From: Candidatus Tanganyikabacteria bacterium
GTDB taxonomy: Bacteria > Cyanobacteriota > Sericytochromatia > S15B-MN24 > VGJW01
Assembly: GCA_016867265.1 (NCBI GenBank)
Contig: VGJW01000008.1
Location: 66,552 to 130,551, forward strand
Reading direction: 5' to 3'
Length of the DNA: 64,000 nt
The notes under the pieces: model-generated
Seen by the model: only the letters and a program-made list of their open reading frames with translations
The model's database searches: none
What the model was told of the DNA's origin: nothing
Program-made: the position numbers and the translations under genes
Shown: piece by piece, positions 17,128-27,153 of the stretch
How positions within the stretch are numbered: position 1 is the first letter of the stretch
How the letters are laid out: each line of letters starts with the position of its first letter

Positions 17128-18291
17128 TCAGCCCCCGAAACCGAAGAGCTTCTTGACCCCGCCCAGTACGCTGCCGGCCTTCTTGAGGCCGTCACCAACC
17201 AAGTTGCCGGCGGCATCGGCCAGCTTCCCGGCCTCCTTGGCGGCCGCCGAAGCCACCCGCTTCGAGGTGGCACCCGGATTGCGGAAGAAGTCCGCAGCGG
17301 TGCTCGCAGCCTGGACCCCGAGCTTGATCGCGGCCTTGCCCCCGGCCATGATCTTTTCCTTGTTGGCGATGCCGTAGCGGATCAGATCGAGGCCCATGGC
17401 AGCGACCTTGAGGCCGGCGGCCACCACCGGACCGGCCGGCGGCAGCAACATCGCCACGCTACCGGCCATGTTCAGGGCTTGGCTGGCCAGTTCGCTGGCG
17501 TTCTTCCAATTGAGACCATGTTTGGCAATGTCCGAGGCAGCACCTGTGACGCCGAAGGCGCCCGACGCGATGCCGGCAATGGGATTGAGCTTGGCGGCAA
17601 GACCGCTCTTGCCAGCCAGCTGGGCGACACCACCAACTCCGTTCAGGGTCGTCAGAACATCGCGACCGATGCCGCGCACGAAGTCGGGGTCGGTGAACTT
17701 CCGCGGGTCCTTCGCCGCAGCAACCAAGGACTTGCTCATGTTGATGGCCGACATGCCGCCGCGTACCACGTCGATGCCCGCGCCTACCCTGACCATGGCG
17801 CCGAGGGGCTTGGCATCGGGAACCGCTGCGGCCTTCGGCTGGTAGGGCACGCCATTGGCCTTGGCCTCGCCAAAGGCCCTGAGCTCATTGCGGAAATTGC
17901 CACGCTCGCGCACCAGCTTGTTCCACTTGACAACGCCATCCCTCGAGGCCTCGGCTCCTTCGATGGTTGCCGCAGCGTCATTGTTGCCGGTCATCTTGGC
18001 CACGGTACCCGCAACGGCCAAGCCGGCAGTCGCGACCATCTCGGGCTTGATGTTCCGGACAGAGCCGATCAGACGCTTGGCCTGGTCCACGTTCAGCTTT
18101 TCCGTCAGGCCGCCCGAAGGACGGGCGCCTTCCAACTGGCCAGAGCCCTTGAATGCGTCGCCAGCGAGTGGGGAGGCAGAAGGGGGCACCGGTTCAATCG
18201 GTGCGGACCCGCCCGATCTGGAACCCGCTGCCGCCAAGCCCTGGCTGCCCAGCGGCTGGGTACCCACGGGGCGCTTCGCATTGACGCTCAT
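17128..18291 (-). CDS. Hypothetical Gly/Ala-rich helical protein with C-terminal hydrophobic helices (translocator/pore-former-like)
   Basis: ATG after AAGGAG; low-complexity N-terminus; LNPIAGIASGAFGVTG and AMLLPPAGPVVAAGLKVAAMGLD segments. Confidence 0.75.
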   Translation of the reverse strand: MSVNAKRPVGTQPLGSQGLAAAGSRSGGSAPIEPVPPSASPLAGDAFKGSGQLEGARPSGGLTEKLNVDQAKRLIGSVRNIKPEMVATAGLAVAGTVAKMTGNNDAAATIEGAEASRDGVVKWNKLVRERGNFRNELRAFGEAKANGVPYQPKAAAVPDAKPLGAMVRVGAGIDVVRGGMSAINMSKSLVAAAKDPRKFTDPDFVRGIGRDVLTTLNGVGGVAQLAGKSGLAAKLNPIAGIASGAFGVTGAASDIAKHGLNWKNASELASQALNMAGSVAMLLPPAGPVVAAGLKVAAMGLDLIRYGIANKEKIMAGGKAAIKLGVQAASTAADFFRNPGATSKRVASAAAKEAGKLADAAGNLVGDGLKKAGSVLGGVKKLFGFGG

Positions 18292-18385
18292 GCATGGTTC
18301 TCCTTGTCCCCATCGTCCACAGTCTGGACAGGCAAGATGCCCTGCTTCAACAAGGCTTGGAGAACAATTGATGCCGCTTAATGGT

Positions 18386-19777
18386 TCACAGCGTCTTCGA
18401 GAAGATGCGGCCCCGCTCGGGGGCCTGCCGCAGGTACGCATCGAAGACCATGCAGATGTTGCGGATCAGCATCTGGCCCACGGGCGTGACTTCGAGCGCC
18501 TCCGGCAGCCTGCTTACCAGTCCGTCGGCCTCGAACACCGCCAGTTCCGCCCACTCGGCCGCAAACACCGCATCGAACGAGATGCTATGACGCGCTTCGA
18601 TCCGCGCCTTGTCGATCCTGCCGTGGCCGATGAGCGTGTTGATGACATCCCGGCGCAGCCGGTCATCCGCCGAAAGGTGCATGCCCTTGGCCACGGGGCC
18701 GTCCAGGCCCTCCATCGCGGTCATGTAGGCCGCCAGCGTCCGCTGGTTCTGGTAGTAGGCGCCGTCAAGGTCGCTGATGGCCGACATGCCGAAGGAAAGA
18801 AGATCGCTGTCGGCACATGTCGTGTAGCCCATGAAGTTGCGGCGCAGCGACCCGTCCTTGCGGGCATGCGTCAGCTCGTTGTCCGGCCGGGCGAAGTGGT
18901 CCATCCCGATGTAGGCCATGCCGGCATCAACAAAGGTGTCGATCGCCCGCTCGAACAAGCGCAATTTCAAGTCCGAGTCGGGCAGGTTCTTGAGATTGCG
19001 CTGGTGCGGAAAGACCGAGGGGAGGTGTGCATAGTGGAACAGGGCCAAGCGATCGGGTGCGATTGCCAGGACCTGCTCCATCGTCTTCACGAACCCGTCC
19101 CAGGTCTGCTCGGGCAGACCGTACATCAAGTCCAGGTTGACGCTGATGAAGCCCTGCTCCCGGCACATGGCGACGAGATCACGCGTCAGCTCAAAGGACT
19201 GCAGGCGGTTGACGGCCTTCTGGACCACGGGATCGAAGTCCTGGACCCCCATGCTGATCCGGTTGAAGCCCAGCTTGGCCAGAGTCTCGACATGGGCCCG
19301 CGTCGTGACGTTCGGGTGAACCTCGAGCGAGACCTCGGCCCCGGGGGCGATTCGGAAGGTCCCGGTCAGGATGCCGAACAGCCGCTCGATCTCGTCCGGC
19401 TGGAGATGCGTGGGCGTACCGCCGCCCCAATGCAACTGTACGACAGGCCGCGACGTGTCGACCTGCGCAGCGACCCAGGCGACCTCCCGCTCGAGGGCAT
19501 CCAGGTAGGCCGTGACCCGCGCCCGGTCCTTGTTGAGCTGGATGTTGCAGCCACAGTAGAAGCACAGCTTCTCGCAGAACGGGATATGGACATACAACGA
19601 GAGCGGCATGCCGGCGCGGGCCGTCGCATTGGTACGCAAGGCCTCGCGGCCGCCCTCGGGACCGAAGTCGGCGGACCACTCGGGAGCCGTGGGGTAGCTG
19701 GTGTACCGCGGACCAGACTGCGCGTACCGCTCGAGCAGGTCGCGCGGCACCCGAAAAGCAGAGGCAGGAGGCACCAT
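18386..19777 (-). CDS. hemN: Oxygen-independent coproporphyrinogen III oxidase (radical SAM)
   Basis: GPRYTSYPTA, YVHIPFCEKLCFYCGC, HWGGGTPT, RRNFMGYTT. Confidence 0.95.
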   Translation of the reverse strand: MVPPASAFRVPRDLLERYAQSGPRYTSYPTAPEWSADFGPEGGREALRTNATARAGMPLSLYVHIPFCEKLCFYCGCNIQLNKDRARVTAYLDALEREVAWVAAQVDTSRPVVQLHWGGGTPTHLQPDEIERLFGILTGTFRIAPGAEVSLEVHPNVTTRAHVETLAKLGFNRISMGVQDFDPVVQKAVNRLQSFELTRDLVAMCREQGFISVNLDLMYGLPEQTWDGFVKTMEQVLAIAPDRLALFHYAHLPSVFPHQRNLKNLPDSDLKLRLFERAIDTFVDAGMAYIGMDHFARPDNELTHARKDGSLRRNFMGYTTCADSDLLSFGMSAISDLDGAYYQNQRTLAAYMTAMEGLDGPVAKGMHLSADDRLRRDVINTLIGHGRIDKARIEARHSISFDAVFAAEWAELAVFEADGLVSRLPEALEVTPVGQMLIRNICMVFDAYLRQAPERGRIFSKTL

Positions 19778-20835
19778 CAGGCCTGGTCCCCGTTGCCCAT
19801 CGGATCGCGCGTGGCTTCCACGAAGGCCCGGACGTGGGCGACGGGCATGTCAGGCAGCAAGCCATGCCCCAGATTCCACACGTGGCCAGGCCTGCCGGCC
19901 ACGGCCTCAGCCAGGGCACGGACCCGCTGCCGTATCCGCTCGGGCGCCGCATAAAGCAGGCAAGGATCGATGTTGCCCTGAAGGGCCACCCGATCCCCAT
20001 GCCGCTCCAGGATGGACGGCAAGTCGCACCGCCAGTCGAGAGACAGCATGTCCGCCCCGGAGTCGACCATCGCCTCGACGAGGTGGGGGCTCATGCCGAC
20101 ATACAGCGTAACCGGCACGCCGACCTGCTTCAGGGCCCGGACAATCTTGCGGATGGGCGGCAGGGCGACGGCACGCCATGTGGCTTCGTCCAGGATGCCG
20201 CCCCACGAGTCGAAGACCTGAACCATGCGCGCGCCGCCGCGCACCTGGTCCGCGAGCGAGCTGGCCACGGTGTCGGCCATCCGGTCGAGCAGCTGGGCGA
20301 AGGCGGCCGGATGCTCGGCCAGAAAGCGCCGCGTCCGGGACCAGTCCTTGCTGCCGCCGCCGTCGATGGCATAACAGGCGAGCGTGAAGGGCGCACCGGC
20401 GAAGCCGATGACAGGCACCCGGCCGGCCAGGCGGTCACAGACCTCCTCGACGGCCTTGCGGACGAACGGCAGCTCGGTCGCGGCATCGGCGACCCGGACC
20501 CGGTCGAGATCCGCCAGCGCCCGGACGGGATTGGCAATGCGGGGACCCTTATCCAGGAAGGCGACCTCGAAGCCCATGGCCTCGAGGGGCACCAAGATGT
20601 CCGAGAACAGGATGGCGGCATCCACGCCAAGGATGTCGACGGGCTGGACGGTGACCTCGGCCGCCAAGGCAGGCGTGCGGCACATCGTCAGGAAGTCGGC
20701 CTTCTCGCGGACCGCCCGGTATTCCGGCAGGTACCGCCCCGCCTGACGCATCATCCAGACTGGCGCACGGTCTACGGGCTGCCGCCGCGCAGCAGCGAGG
20801 ATCCTGGGTGCCGTTCCGGGTGTCGCGGTGGTCAT
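19777..20835 (-). CDS. hemE: Uroporphyrinogen decarboxylase
   Basis: PVWMMRQAGRYLPEY, DAAILFSDIL, GFAGAPFTL, LQGNIDP, NLGHG. Confidence 0.96.
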   Translation of the reverse strand: MTTATPGTAPRILAAARRQPVDRAPVWMMRQAGRYLPEYRAVREKADFLTMCRTPALAAEVTVQPVDILGVDAAILFSDILVPLEAMGFEVAFLDKGPRIANPVRALADLDRVRVADAATELPFVRKAVEEVCDRLAGRVPVIGFAGAPFTLACYAIDGGGSKDWSRTRRFLAEHPAAFAQLLDRMADTVASSLADQVRGGARMVQVFDSWGGILDEATWRAVALPPIRKIVRALKQVGVPVTLYVGMSPHLVEAMVDSGADMLSLDWRCDLPSILERHGDRVALQGNIDPCLLYAAPERIRQRVRALAEAVAGRPGHVWNLGHGLLPDMPVAHVRAFVEATRDPMGNGDQA

Positions 20836-20869
20836 GCAAACCATGGTAGCGCACGCCACCACGGAGGGC

Positions 20870-21436
20870 TCAGGACGCGATGCGGTCGAGAATCTCCCGG
20901 ACGTAGGCGCGTGTCTCCCGGAAGGGCGGGACGCCGTCGTACTTGCGCACGTTTCCGGGACCCGCGTTGTACGCCGCAAGGGCCAGCTTGATGTCGCCGT
21001 TGAAGGTCTGGATCTGTTCCCGCAGGTAGCGTGCGCCCCCGCGCAAGCTCTGGACCGGATCGAAGGGATCCTTGACGCCCATGGCCCGGGCCGTAGCAGG
21101 CATCAGTTGCATCAACCCCTTGGCCCCGGCCGGGGAAACCAGGTGGGGGCGACCGTTGGACTCCTGCTGCATCTGCGAGGCCAGAAGACGCGGGTCCAGG
21201 CCGAACTCCTGCGCGACCTCCTGAATCTGAGGCCACCAGCGCTTGACGGCAGGAAGGGCCCACTCGGGCGCAGCCTGCCCGCCGGCCGCCACCTTGGGCC
21301 TGGCGGTCGCGAGCGTGTCCCGGGCGACGGCCGTGCGCGCCACCTCTGCCTCTGGCACCCGGGTTTCCGGAGCTGCGGCACGCGACGCCCCGCCTGGCGA
21401 CTGACCAAGCGGTGTCGACCTCGAAACTTGCGGCAT
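20870..21436 (-). CDS. Lytic transglycosylase (SLT domain), no signal peptide
   Basis: QQESNG, SPAGAKGLMQLMPATA, GARYL, ALAAYNAGPG, PPFRETRAYV; GGAGG RBS. Confidence 0.92.
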   Translation of the reverse strand: MPQVSRSTPLGQSPGGASRAAAPETRVPEAEVARTAVARDTLATARPKVAAGGQAAPEWALPAVKRWWPQIQEVAQEFGLDPRLLASQMQQESNGRPHLVSPAGAKGLMQLMPATARAMGVKDPFDPVQSLRGGARYLREQIQTFNGDIKLALAAYNAGPGNVRKYDGVPPFRETRAYVREILDRIAS

Positions 21437-21530
21437 CCTGTCCTCCGGGAAATCCGAGACTTTTATACCCGCAAACGCGGGATCCGGGGCGTCAACGGCG
21501 TGGCATGATGGTCGGCAGGGGGTAGCCTGT

Positions 21531-22409
21531 GTGCCGCAAGACCATGAGTACATCGTCTTCGACGTCGAGACCACGGGGCTGAGCCCCTCCCAGGACGCCC
21601 TGATCGAGGTGGCCGCGATGCGATTCACGGCGGGCGGCGCGACGTGCGACTCGTTCCACGCCCTCGTCCGCCCCCCGCGCGACCACATTCCCCACAAGAT
21701 CCAGGAGCTAACGGGCATACGCCCCCAGGACGTCCGGGACGCTCACGGCCCCGATCGCGTCCTGCCGGACTTCCGGCGGTGGCTCGGAGATGGCCGCACG
21801 CCCATGCTGGCCCACAACGCGGTCTTCGACCTCGACTTCCTGGGTCCTGCGATGGCCCGGATGGGCCTGGACCTGCCGGCGGCCCCGGTCTTCGACACCC
21901 TCGAGATGGCGCGAGCGCTGCTGCCGGACCTGGTCAACCACAAGCTGGTGACGGTCGGCCAGGCGCTGGGTCTGGACTCGGACGTCCTGCACCGGGCCGA
22001 TGCGGACGGCGCCCTGCTCAAGGACATCTTCCTCGCGTTGGGGCGTCTTGCCGGACTGGGCACGCCCGAGGCCATCGCCGCGCGGTTCAGACCGCTGCGC
22101 TTCCAGGCCACGCCCCAGCCGCGAATCGAACCCGAACTGCTGCCTGTCCCCCACGCCCCCCCGGGCTTCGAGGGGCTGAAGCAAGCCATCGCGAACGCTA
22201 CCGCCATCCGTTTCGTCTATCAGGGGGGGCGCGACCCAGGGCTGGCCCGGACCATCGTGCCGACGCGCCTGGGCAGGCTGGGCCAGAACCTCTACATAAA
22301 AGGCATTCCGCCCGGCGGCAGCAGCGAACTGACCTACCGCCTCGAACTGGTGTCCGACTGGCAGGTCCTTGCGCCGGCGCCGGCTCCATCTCCCCCGCCC
22401 TTGCCCTGA
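21531..22409 (+). CDS. DEDDh 3'-5' exonuclease (DnaQ-like) fused to C-terminal WYL-like domain
   Basis: VFDVETTG, AHNAVFD, HRADAD; C-terminal IRFVYQGG...RTIVP...YIKG...TYRLELV. Confidence 0.82.
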   Translation: MPQDHEYIVFDVETTGLSPSQDALIEVAAMRFTAGGATCDSFHALVRPPRDHIPHKIQELTGIRPQDVRDAHGPDRVLPDFRRWLGDGRTPMLAHNAVFDLDFLGPAMARMGLDLPAAPVFDTLEMARALLPDLVNHKLVTVGQALGLDSDVLHRADADGALLKDIFLALGRLAGLGTPEAIAARFRPLRFQATPQPRIEPELLPVPHAPPGFEGLKQAIANATAIRFVYQGGRDPGLARTIVPTRLGRLGQNLYIKGIPPGGSSELTYRLELVSDWQVLAPAPAPSPPPLP

Positions 22410-22462
22410 ACGAGACACCGGGTGGCCCGTGCTAGCATGACTCACCCCTTCCAGCGAGTCGC

Positions 22463-24616
22463 ATGCTTCTCGGCCACCAGCCCAATATCCGCTTCGCCTT
22501 CGGCCTGCATCTGCACCAACCCGTCGGCAACTCGGACGAGGTCGCGACCCGGGTCTGCGACCAAGCCTATCTGCCGTTCCTGCGCGTGCTGGAGCGGCAC
22601 CCCTCGATTCCCGTCGCCCTGCACTTCAGCGGATCGATCTTGGACCGCTTCGCCACCCACAGGCCCGAGTTGCTGGCGATCGTCCGCGGCCTCGTCGCAC
22701 GGGGGCAGGTGGAAGTCATCGGAGGCGCCTACCACGAACCCCTGCTGGCCCTGATCCCGGACCAGGACCGCCGGGACCAGGTGTCGGCCCTTTCGGAACG
22801 CCTCCACGAGCTGTTCGGCAAGCGACCGACGGGCTTGTGGCTGACGGAGCGGGCCTGGGAGCCACATCTGGCCGACGCCATCGGCCGTACGGGCCTGACG
22901 TGGACGGTCCTCGACGACGAGCACCTGCAAGCCGGCGGCCTGAGAGGTCCCCAGCGCTTCGGCAACTGGATCACCGAGGACGCGGGGACCGCGTTGCGCA
23001 TCCTGCCGATGCACACCGACCTGCGCCTGCTCATCCCCAATGCGGAGCCGGAGGACGTGCTGCGCTACCTGCACGACCACGCCACCCCGGACGGCAGCCG
23101 CATCGCGGTGTTCTTCGACGACGCCTCGCGATTCGGCGCCTGGCCCGGGACGCACCAGCGCCTCTACGGGGAAGGTTGGCTGGACCGGTTTTTCACGCTG
23201 CTCGCGGAGAACCGCTCGTGGGTCACTTGCGACACCCCCTCGGCACACCTCGCCGCGCTGGCGCCCTGGGGCCAGGTCTACATCCCCGCGATGAGCTACC
23301 GCGAGATGGCCGGCTGGTCCCTGCCGCCCGAACTCGAGCCGGCCCACGCACGGGCCGCGGCCGCGCTGGGCCCAGAGCTGACGCCTTTCCTCGGCGGCGG
23401 CTTCATGCGCCGTTTCCTCGCCCGATACCCCGAGGCCAACATGCTGCACAAGCGCATGCTGGACGTGTCCCGCAGACTGGTCGAGGCCCGCGAGCATCTG
23501 GCCGGAAAAGCGGACCCGCGGCTGGCCGAGGCACGTGAGGCCCTGTGGCGCGGGCAGGCCAACGAACCGTTGTGGCACGGAGTTTTCGGCGGCCTCTATC
23601 TGGCCAACTTGCGGGATGCCGGCTGGCGGGCCCTCATCGAGGCGGACAGACTGATCGACGGCCTGCGCCACGGCGAGGCGCCCTTCCTCGAGAGCAGCAG
23701 CCAGGACCTAGATCGGGACGGCCGGGACGAGACCATCGTGCGGACGCGCGACCTCACGGCCGTCGTCACGTGGCAGGGCGGCGCGATGCTCGAGCTGGAC
23801 ATGAAGCCCTGGGCCCGCAACGTACTGGACACGCTGACCCGGCATCCGGAGGCCTATCACGCGCCGTTGGTCGTGGCTTCGGCCCGCCATGCGGCCCATG
23901 AGGCGAACGGCACGGGGCAGCGCGCAGCCCAGGAGCTGGTCATGGTGAAGGAAAGCGCTCAAGCGGCCATGGCACGCGACTGGCATCGCCGCGCCTCGTG
24001 CCTGGATCACCTGCTCCATCCGGACAGCACGCTCGAGCAGTGGGCCGATGCCACCTATGGCGAACAGGGGGACTTCGTCCTCGAGCCCTACCGCATCGGC
24101 ACCTCCAGGGAGCCGGGCGGGCTTGTCGTGACGGCGGAGCGTGAAGGGCACGTTTGGGTCGGCCAGGACTTCATGCCGCTGGCGATCCGCAAGGACTACA
24201 GATTCACCGAGAACGGCATGGGCCTCGAGGTCACGCTCACGCTCCGACACCCGGGCGAGACGCCGCTTGCCCTCTGGTACGGCATGTCCTCGGCCTTGGC
24301 CATCGTGCCCGGGGCCGATGTCGGCCATACGTTGACGCTTGGCGGGGAAACCGGTTCGGTTGCCTTGCGTCGGCGCGCCGAGTCGATCCCCGACCTGCGC
24401 TTTGCGGACACCCGCTCGGGACGCAGCCTGTCCATGAGCTGGTCCAGGCCCGCAAACGTCTGGACGACACCTGTCGAGACCCGCTCTCAGGGCACGGAAG
24501 GCATCGAGCGCCTCTTCCAGGGCTGTGCCGTGCTGACCCACTGGCATGTGACGCTCGAACCCGGAATGCCCTGGAGCGTCACGCTGCGCTGGACGGCCAA
24601 CGCAGCCGAAGCCTGA
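22463..24616 (+). CDS. GH57 alpha-amylase/4-alpha-glucanotransferase
   Basis: HLHQPVGN, GLWLTERAW (nucleophile), FFDD (acid/base), SYREM, WHGVFGGLY. Confidence 0.9.
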   Translation: MLLGHQPNIRFAFGLHLHQPVGNSDEVATRVCDQAYLPFLRVLERHPSIPVALHFSGSILDRFATHRPELLAIVRGLVARGQVEVIGGAYHEPLLALIPDQDRRDQVSALSERLHELFGKRPTGLWLTERAWEPHLADAIGRTGLTWTVLDDEHLQAGGLRGPQRFGNWITEDAGTALRILPMHTDLRLLIPNAEPEDVLRYLHDHATPDGSRIAVFFDDASRFGAWPGTHQRLYGEGWLDRFFTLLAENRSWVTCDTPSAHLAALAPWGQVYIPAMSYREMAGWSLPPELEPAHARAAAALGPELTPFLGGGFMRRFLARYPEANMLHKRMLDVSRRLVEAREHLAGKADPRLAEAREALWRGQANEPLWHGVFGGLYLANLRDAGWRALIEADRLIDGLRHGEAPFLESSSQDLDRDGRDETIVRTRDLTAVVTWQGGAMLELDMKPWARNVLDTLTRHPEAYHAPLVVASARHAAHEANGTGQRAAQELVMVKESAQAAMARDWHRRASCLDHLLHPDSTLEQWADATYGEQGDFVLEPYRIGTSREPGGLVVTAEREGHVWVGQDFMPLAIRKDYRFTENGMGLEVTLTLRHPGETPLALWYGMSSALAIVPGADVGHTLTLGGETGSVALRRRAESIPDLRFADTRSGRSLSMSWSRPANVWTTPVETRSQGTEGIERLFQGCAVLTHWHVTLEPGMPWSVTLRWTANAAEA

Positions 24617-24619
24617 CGC

Positions 24620-25225
24620 CTACCGCTTGAGGATCAACTCGTCCTTGGGGAAGCCCTTGGCGAGGATCCACTGCTCCATCAGGGCCGTCTCACGGCGGCG
24701 GACGGGGTCCATGCCGCCCAGCATCACGTGAGCCCGAGCCGCTCCCCGGTAGGCGCCTACGGCTTCTTCGCGCAAGGTGGCGATGCGGCGATCGAGGACC
24801 TTGGTGGACGAGGTGTTGCGGTTGGCTTCGGCGGTGTCGTAGGCCGAGGACGAGCGAAGGAAGGTATCCCTGCTCATCCGGTAGAAGGTCGACGCTTCCT
24901 CGGACTTCAGGCGGGAAATCTCGGCCGCGGGCGTGCCCACCCGCGCCAGCTGCTGCTCGGCCTCGGTGAAGGGCTTGCCTGTACGGAGGAACTCGCGGAC
25001 CGCCGCCCGATAGGCGACCTCGGGCGCACGGGGGCGTCCCGAGTGTGCCGCCGTGCGGATGACTTCGCCATCGGCATGCAGGCCAGAGAGCATCATGTGG
25101 TCCCTGTCCGGCCGGGCGTCGTGAAGCTCCGGATCGGGACGGACGGGTGCGGGACGTGTCGTGACCGGACCGACGGGAGCCGGGCCGGTGGGTACGCCGC
25201 GGAGGTTGGCCTGCATGTCTGCCAT
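24620..25225 (-). CDS. Hypothetical protein with Pro-rich N-terminus
   Basis: MADMQANLRGVPTGPAPVGP...; GC3-biased frame filling the gap between the GH57 and nitroreductase genes. Confidence 0.6.
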   Translation of the reverse strand: MADMQANLRGVPTGPAPVGPVTTRPAPVRPDPELHDARPDRDHMMLSGLHADGEVIRTAAHSGRPRAPEVAYRAAVREFLRTGKPFTEAEQQLARVGTPAAEISRLKSEEASTFYRMSRDTFLRSSSAYDTAEANRNTSSTKVLDRRIATLREEAVGAYRGAARAHVMLGGMDPVRRRETALMEQWILAKGFPKDELILKR

Positions 25226-25327
25226 GTCTAGCTTATGCCTCGGAGCAGGCGGTTTCTTGCCTCCGGGGTGGCAAGAACCGGAAGGGCGGGACGGCCGGGC
25301 GCACGATGGTGCATGATGGGCGTGTCC

Positions 25328-26113
25328 ATGGAACTGCACGATGCCATCCTTCGCCGCCGGACAACGAACGGCCCATTCCTGCCGGATTCGGTCCGCCCGG
25401 AGCACCAGCGGCGCATCATCGAGGCCGCAAGCCGCGCACCCAGCCACTTCAACAGCCAGCCGTGGCGCTTCGTCCTGATTGACGACCCTGATCGCATCGG
25501 CCGGATCGCGAGCCTTGCCGGCCAGAGCATGACCCGCCTGATTGAGGACGGCCTGTTCTTCGAGCGCTACAAGCGGTACTTCCGCTTCTCGCGCGCGGAG
25601 ATGGACGAACGACGCGACGGCATCTTCATCGACCATCTGCCGGCCCCGCTACGCCCCTTCATTCAGAAGGTCTTCAGCGAGACCGGCCTCAAGGTCATGA
25701 GGACGCTGGGTGTCCCCGAGCGCCTCGGCAAGGACAACCAGGAGCTGGTCGCCGGCAGCCCGCTGCTGCTGGCCGTGATGCTCGACCGGGAGGAGTACGT
25801 GCCGGACAAGCTCAGCGGCTTCTACAGCCTGTTCGGGATGGGCGCCGCCATGGAGAACATCTGGCTGACGGTCGGCGACCTCGGCATGGGCATCCAGTTC
25901 GTCAGCACCCCCATGGAGGTGCCGTCCTGCTGGCAGGAGATCCAGAACCTGCTCGAGGTCCCGCCGGACCTTGCCCTGATGGCGATCTACCGCCTGGGGT
26001 ACCTGCCGCCCGAGACCCGACGGCCGACGATCGACTGGACCAGCAACGAGCGCAAGCCCTACGACCGATTCGTCTTCCGCAACACGTGCCGGCAGCCGGA
26101 GCCGCTCGCGTGA
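25328..26113 (+). CDS. Nitroreductase family flavoprotein
   Basis: [39 protein letters not shown]. Confidence 0.9.
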   Translation: MELHDAILRRRTTNGPFLPDSVRPEHQRRIIEAASRAPSHFNSQPWRFVLIDDPDRIGRIASLAGQSMTRLIEDGLFFERYKRYFRFSRAEMDERRDGIFIDHLPAPLRPFIQKVFSETGLKVMRTLGVPERLGKDNQELVAGSPLLLAVMLDREEYVPDKLSGFYSLFGMGAAMENIWLTVGDLGMGIQFVSTPMEVPSCWQEIQNLLEVPPDLALMAIYRLGYLPPETRRPTIDWTSNERKPYDRFVFRNTCRQPEPLA

Positions 26114-27153
26114 CCGTCCACCTGCGCGCGATGGCCACGGCGACACCCGAGCACGCCGTGGGCCAGGCCGACGCCTTGGCGCTCGCAGGCAAGCTCTACC
26201 CGGACCTGGCCGCCATCCCCAGCGTCGCCCGGGTCTTTGCCAACTCGGGCATCGCGCGACGCTATCTGGCCCGCCCGCTCGAATGGTTCGACGCGGGCCA
26301 CGACTTCGCGGCCCGGAACGCTGCGTGGGTCGAGACCGCAGACTTCCTCGGCCGCGAGGTCATCACGGCGGCACTGCTGGCTGCCGCCCTCGAACCCGGC
26401 GACATCGACGCCCTCGTGATGGTCACCACGACAGGCCTGCGGACACCCAGCCTGGATGCGCGCTGGATCGACACGCTCGGCTTTTCCCGGACCACGCTCC
26501 GCCTGCCGATCTGGGGCCTGGGTTGCGCGGGCGGCGCCGCAGGGCTTGCCCGAGCCGCGGATCTGGTCCGTGCCGGAAGGCGCAACGTGCTGCTCGTAGT
26601 GGTCGAATGCTGCTCCTTGACCTTCGTGCGCGAGGACGACCGGCGCAGCAACTTCACGGCGACGGCGCTGTTCGGGGACGGGGCGGCGGCCGTGGTGCTC
26701 TCTGCCGAGGGACCCGGGCCGCGCATTCTGGGCAGCAGCAGCACCCTGCTCGAGGATTCCGACGACATCATGGGCTGGGACCTGGCTCCGGAAGGCCTCA
26801 AGGTCCGCTTCGCCCGCGACATCCCCAATCTGGTCTCGCGGCACATCCCGGCAAGCCTTGCACACGCCTGCTCCGCCCATGGCCTCGCACCCGACGCCAT
26901 CCGCCACCACGTCGTCCATCCCGGAGGCCCAAAGGTCCTGAGTGCCTACGAGACTGTCCTGGGCCTCGGGGAAGGCGGATTGGCCGAGGCAAGGTCCGTC
27001 CTGCGGGACTTCGGCAACATGAGCGCATCCACGGTGCTGTTCGTCCTCGACCGCCTGCTGCGCCGGGGTCCCGAACCCGGGTTCGGAGTCCTGACGGCAA
27101 TGGGACCCGGCTTCTCGGTCGAGCACGTCGTCTTCGAGGTCGCGGGCACGTGA
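26110..27153 (+). CDS. Type III polyketide synthase (BpsA/SrsA-like)
   Basis: Catalytic triad motifs GLGCAGG, HPGG, GNMS; LFGDGAAA; MGPGFS; GTGA overlap with the nitroreductase gene. Confidence 0.93.
   Translation: MTVHLRAMATATPEHAVGQADALALAGKLYPDLAAIPSVARVFANSGIARRYLARPLEWFDAGHDFAARNAAWVETADFLGREVITAALLAAALEPGDIDALVMVTTTGLRTPSLDARWIDTLGFSRTTLRLPIWGLGCAGGAAGLARAADLVRAGRRNVLLVVVECCSLTFVREDDRRSNFTATALFGDGAAAVVLSAEGPGPRILGSSSTLLEDSDDIMGWDLAPEGLKVRFARDIPNLVSRHIPASLAHACSAHGLAPDAIRHHVVHPGGPKVLSAYETVLGLGEGGLAEARSVLRDFGNMSASTVLFVLDRLLRRGPEPGFGVLTAMGPGFSVEHVVFEVAGT

Noticed and set aside
26283-27152. N-terminal part of the 649-aa ORF, and similar extensions of ORFs 3408-5213, 8186-9784 and 13995-16721
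   Set aside because: Alternative-frame run-ins overlapping real upstream genes; the true starts are at 27153, 4578, 8801 and 14736.
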